DNA from: an uncultured Bacteroidales bacterium
Lineage (GTDB): Bacteria; Bacteroidota; Bacteroidia; Bacteroidales; UBA932
Assembly: GCA_946414935.1 (NCBI GenBank)
Contig: CAMKQN010000004.1
Span: forward strand, 2,812 to 66,811
Reading direction: 5' to 3'
Length of the DNA: 64,000 nt
Shown: one piece after another, positions 57,910 through 64,000 of the stretch
How positions within the stretch are numbered: the stretch's first letter is position 1
How the letters are laid out: each line of letters starts with the position of its first letter
Notes under the pieces: generated by a model
The model's input: only the letters and a program-made list of their open reading frames with translations
Databases searched by the model: none
Told to the model about the DNA's origin: nothing
Position numbers and translations under genes: made by a program

Positions 57910-59787
57910 TTAAAACCTCAGCCCGAAATTCAGCATGACGCTTACGCCAGGCATAGGATAGCCTTTAACTATTTGGTATTGAGCGTTGAAAATGTTGTTT
58001 ACAATAGCACCGGCGCTGATTTTACCAACTGTTTTGCTCAAATTCAGGCTGCTGACCGACCATGGCGGGAGATAATAGTCGGCTGCACTGGAGGTACTGG
58101 ACCATCGGTGGCCGGTAACTGAAGTATCCCAATCCAAAGTCCAGCCTCTCCAGGCAGCCCGGGCCGTAAAGCTTCCGCTGTGCACAGGCGCGTAAGGTAT
58201 CTGCAGGCCGTACGTACTCCTGCCAGGGTCAGAATGGTCCAGAGCCTTTTGGAAAGTGTAACGCAGGCATCCTTTAAGTTCCACATCCCCGGCACTCCAG
58301 CAGGCCTCCAGCTTCGTATCCGCCCCGTAGATATCTACGAGGCCAATGTTCAGCATGCTCCAGCGGAATTGGGATGCGGTTGGCAGGGCTACGATCTTGT
58401 CCGTCACCCGATTGTAGTAAGGAGAGACACGTAATCCCAGATGCCCGCTCTGAATGCGCAGATCCACCCCCGTCTGGATAACGTATTCCGGACGCAGCTG
58501 AACATTGCCCACAGCTATATAGTACAGGTCGTTGAAAGACGGAAGCCGGCAGCTCCGCTTGGCGAAAGCTTCTAACTCGAGCCACTTGAGAGGGCTCCAA
58601 TGGACACTTGCCGAGGGCATCAAGGCACCCCGGAAAACAGCGGCGTCCCAGGCTCCCTGCCAAAGCAGGTGAAGTGCCGCACGAAAGCGTTCCCCGGCAT
58701 AACGCCCGGCAAGGACAGCGGCGAGCGTCGTGCGTTCCGGCTTTACCGCATAGTTACGGTCGGCCTCAAGAACAGTCCGCTGTGCATCTGAGGCAAAGTC
58801 CGCCGACCAGGACTCACCCAAGGTAAGCGATTGAGCTATAGATATGTATGCACTGCTTTGGCGGAAGCGCAGATCGTAGGGCAGGGCCATTGGATTCTTC
58901 TCCGGGTGGGAGTTGTAATGGGTAAAACTGTCGGCCAGCTTGAAACGGACGGCGGCAGCATAGTTTCGGCTGATGTCGCCCGACCAGCCTCCCTGAAGGA
59001 AGGCGTCCCGGTCGGCCTGCCTTTCCGCACTGAACGGAAAGCCCGAGGCCCGGCGTATCACCGGCCCCGGGAAGCCTCTTTCAGAGCCGTAGCCATACAG
59101 CATCAGGTTCCAGTCGCCCCCGAGCAGCTTCCCTTCGATGCGCCCGTCCAGCCTAAGGGAGCGGATGTCCGAATTTTCCCTTACCAAGGTGGTGTCGAAG
59201 AAGCGGTAACGGTAGCGGCCGGCGCTGTAAAGGGCCTCGCCGCCTGCGCTCATACGCAGGTTTTTCCATAACTTGTCCCTGCGGAGCGATGCGTTTGCCG
59301 TCAAGAAAGAACCGCCGTGCACACGTACACGCCAGCTGTCCTTTGCCGGCCTGATGGGCTCCAGATACAGCGCAGAGCCGCTGGCATACTCTTTAGCGGA
59401 CTGCAACCTACGGCTTTTCTGTCCGTTGAAAAGGGCGACCGATTCAAAGCTTTCTGCTGAAAACCGTCCGAGGTCCACCTGCATATTCTGGGCATTGTCT
59501 ATCTGTAGCCCGCCTATGAAAACGCCCACGTGCTCGCTTCCCAAGCTCCTGACGTTCACCGTCTTAAGGCCGCCAACTCCGCCGTAGTCCTTAAGCTGGA
59601 TCCCGGTAAAGCGGCGCACCGCTCCGGCCACCAGCAGTTGCGTCGCATCGAGCTTTACCTCTTCCGCCGCACGCGTTACAAGCACGCTTTTCACGGAGCT
59701 GACCCGCGATGCAACAAGGGTATCAGCCTCCTGGGCAAAAAGCCCGCAAGAGACCATCAAAAGAAGGATTGAAAGGGCCTTACGCAA
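57910..59787 (-). CDS. btuB: TonB-dependent receptor, probable cobalamin transporter (BtuB-like)
   Basis: Plug QLKDYGGVGGLKTVNVRSLG; RLPSFNDLY; GNVQLRPE; YPMPG; terminal F; downstream of B12 riboswitch. Confidence 0.78.
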   Translation of the reverse strand: MRKALSILLLMVSCGLFAQEADTLVASRVSSVKSVLVTRAAEEVKLDATQLLVAGAVRRFTGIQLKDYGGVGGLKTVNVRSLGSEHVGVFIGGLQIDNAQNMQVDLGRFSAESFESVALFNGQKSRRLQSAKEYASGSALYLEPIRPAKDSWRVRVHGGSFLTANASLRRDKLWKNLRMSAGGEALYSAGRYRYRFFDTTLVRENSDIRSLRLDGRIEGKLLGGDWNLMLYGYGSERGFPGPVIRRASGFPFSAERQADRDAFLQGGWSGDISRNYAAAVRFKLADSFTHYNSHPEKNPMALPYDLRFRQSSAYISIAQSLTLGESWSADFASDAQRTVLEADRNYAVKPERTTLAAVLAGRYAGERFRAALHLLWQGAWDAAVFRGALMPSASVHWSPLKWLELEAFAKRSCRLPSFNDLYYIAVGNVQLRPEYVIQTGVDLRIQSGHLGLRVSPYYNRVTDKIVALPTASQFRWSMLNIGLVDIYGADTKLEACWSAGDVELKGCLRYTFQKALDHSDPGRSTYGLQIPYAPVHSGSFTARAAWRGWTLDWDTSVTGHRWSSTSSAADYYLPPWSVSSLNLSKTVGKISAGAIVNNIFNAQYQIVKGYPMPGVSVMLNFGLRF

Positions 59788-61017
59788 CTACCAGACGGCA
59801 AAATGGCCCGGGCAGACACCCGATGCGAGTTTCCAGTATTCTTCTCCGTCGTTGAAGTCCAGGGCGCTGCAAGAGACTGTGCCGGGATTGTAGTAATCGC
59901 CGGCGTCGCCGAGAATAAGGTACAGCTTCCCTTGGGATTCCAGGACAGTCATGCCGTAGGGAGTACCGGAAACAGTCTGCGGATACAGTGTCAAGGTATG
60001 CTGTCCGCTGGCGTAATCTTTTATGCTGCAAGACCATACGCTGTAGGTATGAGTTGCGTTCCAGTCGAATTCATTCTCTGTGCCTATGCAATATACAATG
60101 CTTCCGGAGATACAGGAACAACTGACGTGCAGCAGCCCGGGCTTTATTGCCGAGCCCTCCCCTACCGGAAATGCGTGCTCCGGATTGCCGGCCAGCAAGC
60201 AGTACAAGCCGGTGTGGACGTCCATGTAATTGCCTAGACTCGTGACATAAATGGCTCCCTTGCCGTCGGCATAGACATTCTTGAGGTTTACCTGCACCTC
60301 TACGGTAGAACTCAGGGTGAAAGACTTGGTATCTATGATACTCAGAGTGTTATCATAGGCGTAGGCCGGGGGCAGCTGGCTGGAAACGCCCCCGGAATTT
60401 GCCACGTAGAGTTTGCCGTCATAGATGGCCATCCCCTCGGGCTGGTAACCTACTTCCACGGAGCCTCCAAGTTCCCTGGTCTTACGGCTAATCCTGTACA
60501 CCATTCCCTTGGGATTCTTCGACTTCTCCACATCCACGGACCAGTCGGAGCCCAAAACCGCAACTGCGCCGTTCCAGGAGCTCACATATACATACTGCTC
60601 GTCATACGCCAGGCAGCGTGGCATAGGTACCTGGATGGCGGCTATTTCGGATTCATCCTTTGCGCTGAGGACTTCCACGAGACCTGAATTGTTCACGGTA
60701 ATCCAAAGCTCGTCTCCCACTACCGCGATGTCGTTCCCTACATCACCTAATCCGGCAGACATATCGGGGTTCATCTTCTTGAATACCCCTGTGATGTAGT
60801 TGGCATCTGAAAGGCGCAGCATGTCGAGAGACGCGTTATTGGCGCCCATCTGGCCTTCGTTGAGTACAAATAGTTTTTTGAAGCCTGAGAGGGCGTTCAC
60901 ATCCACAGCTTCGCCTTTGAGATCGGCGTCCAGCGATGGCTTTTCCGGAAAGAGGGATTCATTGCACGAGGCGAACACCAGAATGCAAGAAAGCAAAAGC
61001 AATAAAGCTTTTTTCAT
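59788..61017 (-). CDS. btuG: YncE-type beta-propeller surface lipoprotein, probable B12-binding (BtuG-like)
   Basis: Lipobox FASC; VLNEG, LGDVGND, VNNS, VGYQPE, LYVANSGG, DYYNPG; first gene after riboswitch. Confidence 0.72.
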   Translation of the reverse strand: MKKALLLLLSCILVFASCNESLFPEKPSLDADLKGEAVDVNALSGFKKLFVLNEGQMGANNASLDMLRLSDANYITGVFKKMNPDMSAGLGDVGNDIAVVGDELWITVNNSGLVEVLSAKDESEIAAIQVPMPRCLAYDEQYVYVSSWNGAVAVLGSDWSVDVEKSKNPKGMVYRISRKTRELGGSVEVGYQPEGMAIYDGKLYVANSGGVSSQLPPAYAYDNTLSIIDTKSFTLSSTVEVQVNLKNVYADGKGAIYVTSLGNYMDVHTGLYCLLAGNPEHAFPVGEGSAIKPGLLHVSCSCISGSIVYCIGTENEFDWNATHTYSVWSCSIKDYASGQHTLTLYPQTVSGTPYGMTVLESQGKLYLILGDAGDYYNPGTVSCSALDFNDGEEYWKLASGVCPGHFAVW

Positions 61018-61048
61018 AATTGATATTAATTTACGTTATAGCCGGAAC

Positions 61049-61170
61049 TTGTCCCCGAGCCCGGACAAAAACTTGATACCGGCCGGCATTCTGACTTTCC
61101 CCCGAAAGGAATCTACAGTTGCGGGCACAGCGCCGGATTTCCACCGGATTCCCCCGCCGGTATCTTCACC
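61049..61170 (-). promoter_or_regulatory. Cobalamin riboswitch
   Basis: GGGAA-TCCGGTGGAAATCCGG-CGCTGTGCCCGCAACTGTA...AAGTCAGAATGCCGGCC; 9-bp closing stem GATACCGGC/GCCGGTATC; downstream hairpin containing CGGGC complementary to GCCCG; TATCTTTG -7 box at 61183-61176. Confidence 0.9.
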
Positions 61171-61242
61171 GTCTGCAAAGATAAGTTTTCCCGGGACAAA
61201 AACGCTGCCGGAAGCAAGAAAAAGAATAAATAGGCCCGGAAT

Positions 61243-62301
61243 TTATATCAGGGATGCAATAATGTCGTCGGCCACGAACCAGCGCTCCTCCGGAATTCGT
61301 ACGTTGCCTGGTAACGCCGACGGTACAAGGCAGTCCGTGCCATTGCCCGGGCATGCATACAGCAGGGTTTCCTTTATTCCGTCGGCAGTACGCAAGCCCA
61401 GCATTATTTCTTCTTCACGGATTTCCTTGTCCGTGAGCTTCTCCCCGGAGGAAGTCCAGCCGGACAGCTGCTCCGAATTCCAGGAGCGCAGGTCCCCGGA
61501 CGCTGACGGCAAGCGCCTGAGCGAATGTGCCCCTGGGCCCAGACCCACATAAGGCGCACGGGTCCAATAAGCGCTGTTGTGCATGGCACGGCGGCCCGGA
61601 AGAGCCCAGTTGGATATTTCGTAATGTTCATAACCGGCGGCCCGGAGCATAGCGCAGATGAGGGCGTACTGTGCGGCGCAGTCTTCGTCGGGCAGTTCGG
61701 TATAACGGCCCTCGCGAACGAATTTTCCCAGGGCGCTGCCGGCTTCAATGGACAGCTGGTATGCTGAAATGTGCTCCGGACGCCATTCCGTCAGCTCCCT
61801 CAGGGTAGCTTCGAGCATCTGCGACGACAGTCCGTTGATTCCGAAAATCACATCCACGCTGATGTTGCCGAAACCTGCCTCTCGAAGGGTTCTGAAAGCC
61901 ACGGCTGCAGCTGCGGCATCGTGGCGCCGGGCCATCCAGCGCAGCATTCCGTCGTCCAGCGACTGCACCCCCATGCTTACCCGGTTCACGCCGGTGGCGC
62001 GCAGGGCGGCGGCATACTCCGGAGTAATATCGTCCGGATTCACTTCTACCGTCCATTCATCGTAACTCCGGCCTCCGCAAGCATCTGCGATGCGCCCCAG
62101 AACACCGGGAGGCAGCACCGATGGGGTACCGCCTCCGAAATACAAGGTGCTGACCGCAGCAGCTGCCGCTATTTCATCTTTGCGTCCGAGAGCTTCCCTG
62201 CAAATCTCTTCCGTCCAGGATTCTGCGGGGCACGCCCTCTCGGAATAGAAGTCACAATATGTGCAGAAGCTCCTGCAAAACGGACAGTGAACGTAAATCA
62301 T
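61243..62301 (-). CDS. hemW: HemW/HemN-like radical SAM protein
   Basis: HCPFCRSFCTYCDF (CxxxCxxC), GGGTPS, YEISNW, HNSAYW. Confidence 0.85.
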   Translation of the reverse strand: MIYVHCPFCRSFCTYCDFYSERACPAESWTEEICREALGRKDEIAAAAAVSTLYFGGGTPSVLPPGVLGRIADACGGRSYDEWTVEVNPDDITPEYAAALRATGVNRVSMGVQSLDDGMLRWMARRHDAAAAAVAFRTLREAGFGNISVDVIFGINGLSSQMLEATLRELTEWRPEHISAYQLSIEAGSALGKFVREGRYTELPDEDCAAQYALICAMLRAAGYEHYEISNWALPGRRAMHNSAYWTRAPYVGLGPGAHSLRRLPSASGDLRSWNSEQLSGWTSSGEKLTDKEIREEEIMLGLRTADGIKETLLYACPGNGTDCLVPSALPGNVRIPEERWFVADDIIASLI

Positions 62302-63215
62302 TAACGCAGAAGCAATTCGGCCGAACCAAGCTTGGTTTGCGTCGTAAACGCCTCAACGGTGTAGATACCCTTGTTGAATGAAGGTATGTTGTTGACGTAG
62401 ATGCTGAGTTCAACCTCCTGTCCCTGATAGTCCACTTCACGTGAAGCGGTAGCGGCAAGGGTTTCGCCGGCAAGGGTGAAGCTGGTGCCGCGGCCATCGT
62501 CGAGCAGGTTGCCGTCTGGATCCTTTACTCTCACGTACACGCGCACGGGACCGGCTTCAGCGAGAGCGTTCTCGACCAGGCTCAGGGTAACCAGCAGGCG
62601 GGCTACATTCTTGCTCCGGTCTATGGGTTTTCCGGCGCTGTTGTATGCCTCCATACGTATTCCCCTGGCTTTGATCACTGAACCGGTAACCACCTTGCCG
62701 GTAAGGTCTTCCACCTGGGCTGTGAGCTCTTCGCTGCGCTTGCGGTGCTCGGCGGCTTCGCGGCGGGCGTTGGCTGCATCCACGGTAAGCTTATGGTTCA
62801 GCTGGTTAAGGGAATCGATCTGGACTATGTAGCCGCGCATGATAGAACGCAAAGTGCCGAGTTCTTTCTCATACTGGCGCATCTTCACGCGGTTTGTTGC
62901 CTCCGTACTCTTGATACGCTCCACGAGCTGGGCGACTTCTTCGCGGGAAGAGTCAAGCTGCAGGTTGATGGCGTCGTAGTCGGAGGAGAGGGACTCGTAA
63001 TCGCTCTGGAGAGCTTCTATCTGCTCGGTCAATTCCTGCTTTTCGACATTCAGTTCACCCACGAGGGTGTTCTTCTGGTAGATTACATAAGCAAGGGCGG
63101 CTGCCAGCAACGCGGCCACGGCAATCATAACGTACATGATTGTCTTGGCGCCACCGTTCTGCTTGCGTTCACGCTCCCTGCGCTCTATTCTTTCAAGGGG
63201 ATCTTCTCTTTCCAT
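62301..63215 (-). CDS. Membrane-anchored coiled-coil hypothetical protein
   Basis: N-terminal TM, long heptad region, beta-rich C-terminal domain; 1-nt overlap with hemW. Confidence 0.7.
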   Translation of the reverse strand: MEREDPLERIERRERERKQNGGAKTIMYVMIAVAALLAAALAYVIYQKNTLVGELNVEKQELTEQIEALQSDYESLSSDYDAINLQLDSSREEVAQLVERIKSTEATNRVKMRQYEKELGTLRSIMRGYIVQIDSLNQLNHKLTVDAANARREAAEHRKRSEELTAQVEDLTGKVVTGSVIKARGIRMEAYNSAGKPIDRSKNVARLLVTLSLVENALAEAGPVRVYVRVKDPDGNLLDDGRGTSFTLAGETLAATASREVDYQGQEVELSIYVNNIPSFNKGIYTVEAFTTQTKLGSAELLLR

Positions 63216-63254
63216 CTTTGAATGTATTAAGTTATTACGCCCTCAGGGCTTAGT

Positions 63255-63998
63255 TCAGTCGGCAAAATTAGCAATTTTCCGGCATTTCTGCTGCAACCAT
63301 CGGGCCACATCTTCTTCGAGCAGCGGCGAAAGCGTCCCGAACACCAGCTCATGATAGTAGTCCAACCACTCCGTTTCGTCCTTGTCAAGCACGCCGGGCA
63401 GCAGCGCCGAAGTGTCGAAGGGGCAGAGCGTCAGGGGCTCGAAACCCAGCCAGCTGCCGAATTCGTTTGCCCCTTTCCGTACGCAGAGAAGCAGGTTTTC
63501 GTGCCTCACTCCATGCATTCCTTCGCGATAGATTCCGGGCTCGTCGGAAATAATCATTCCGGGCTCCAGCGGCACCGGGTTGAGGTTTTGGCGCACATCC
63601 TGAGGGCCTTCGTGGACTCCGAGGAAGCAGCCTACGCCATGCCCTGTACCGTGCCCGAAATTACGGTATGCGCGCCACAACGGTTCCCGCGCAAGAGCGT
63701 CTATGCGGCAGCCTGGAGTACCTTCAGGGAAGACGGCCATGGCAAGGTCGATGTGGCCTTTGAGCACAAGGGTGTAGTCTTCCCTCTCGAGCTGCGTGAG
63801 GTCGCCCAGCGGGACGGTACGCGTGATGTCGGTGGTGCCGTCCAGGTACTGGCCGCCGGAATCGCAAAGATAGAGGCCCCTTGGCTCCAGTACGGGGGCT
63901 CCGGTGCGCGGGGTAACGTAATGCGGCAGGGCGGCACCGGGCCCGAATGCTGAAATGGTTTCGAAACTGTCACCGCAATATTTCTCCCCCGCCGAGCG
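63255..63998 (-). CDS. Xaa-Pro aminopeptidase, M24B (3' part; start beyond window end)
   Basis: SFETIS, DSGGQYLDGTTDITRT, HGTGHGVG, VHEGP, EPGIY, GVRHEN. Confidence 0.92.
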   Translation of the reverse strand, partial: RSAGEKYCGDSFETISAFGPGAALPHYVTPRTGAPVLEPRGLYLCDSGGQYLDGTTDITRTVPLGDLTQLEREDYTLVLKGHIDLAMAVFPEGTPGCRIDALAREPLWRAYRNFGHGTGHGVGCFLGVHEGPQDVRQNLNPVPLEPGMIISDEPGIYREGMHGVRHENLLLCVRKGANEFGSWLGFEPLTLCPFDTSALLPGVLDKDETEWLDYYHELVFGTLSPLLEEDVARWLQQKCRKIANFAD

Positions 63999-64000
63999 GA

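Noticed and set aside
1-64000. rRNA, tRNA, prophage, defence island, retroelement
   Set aside because: Intergenic gaps are short (at most about 225 bp) and accounted for; no matching motifs seen by eye, though a covariance-model scan was not possible

Overview
Gene-dense, GC-rich chromosomal segment of a Bacteroidales bacterium, inferred from TAnnTTTG -7 promoters, the bat operon and a BtuG/BtuB-like pair; a Rikenellaceae-related gut/rumen lineage is plausible but unverified. It is mostly core genome: ppdK (partial), folC, truA, moxR-DUF58-batABC-batD/E, exbB-exbD-tonB, an rRNA pseudouridine synthase, era, parC, metG, dnaG, recQ, yigZ, serC, serA, recJ, hemW and a partial aminopeptidase P. 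It also holds a PspC-PadR-PspC-MacAB/TolC envelope-stress operon, two TonB-dependent receptor/lipoprotein pairs and a compact cobalamin riboswitch. I saw no rRNA, tRNA, CRISPR array, prophage or transposase. Best leads: (i) two adjacent secreted bifunctional hydrolases (acid phosphatase + phosphodiester glycosidase; O-acetylesterase + EEP phosphoesterase) that could dismantle O-acetylated sugar-phosphate polymers; (ii) a stand-alone degenerate PurL half-protein 6 bp upstream of a PIN-PhoH gene; (iii) a sigma54-type promoter facing the bat operon; (iv) a BatD-BatE fusion retaining an internal signal peptide; (v) a metallothionein-like Cys segment in the DUF1015 protein; (vi) several apparently leaderless genes. 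All family calls come from motifs read by eye and remembered homologs; no searches were run, so novelty is unverified.
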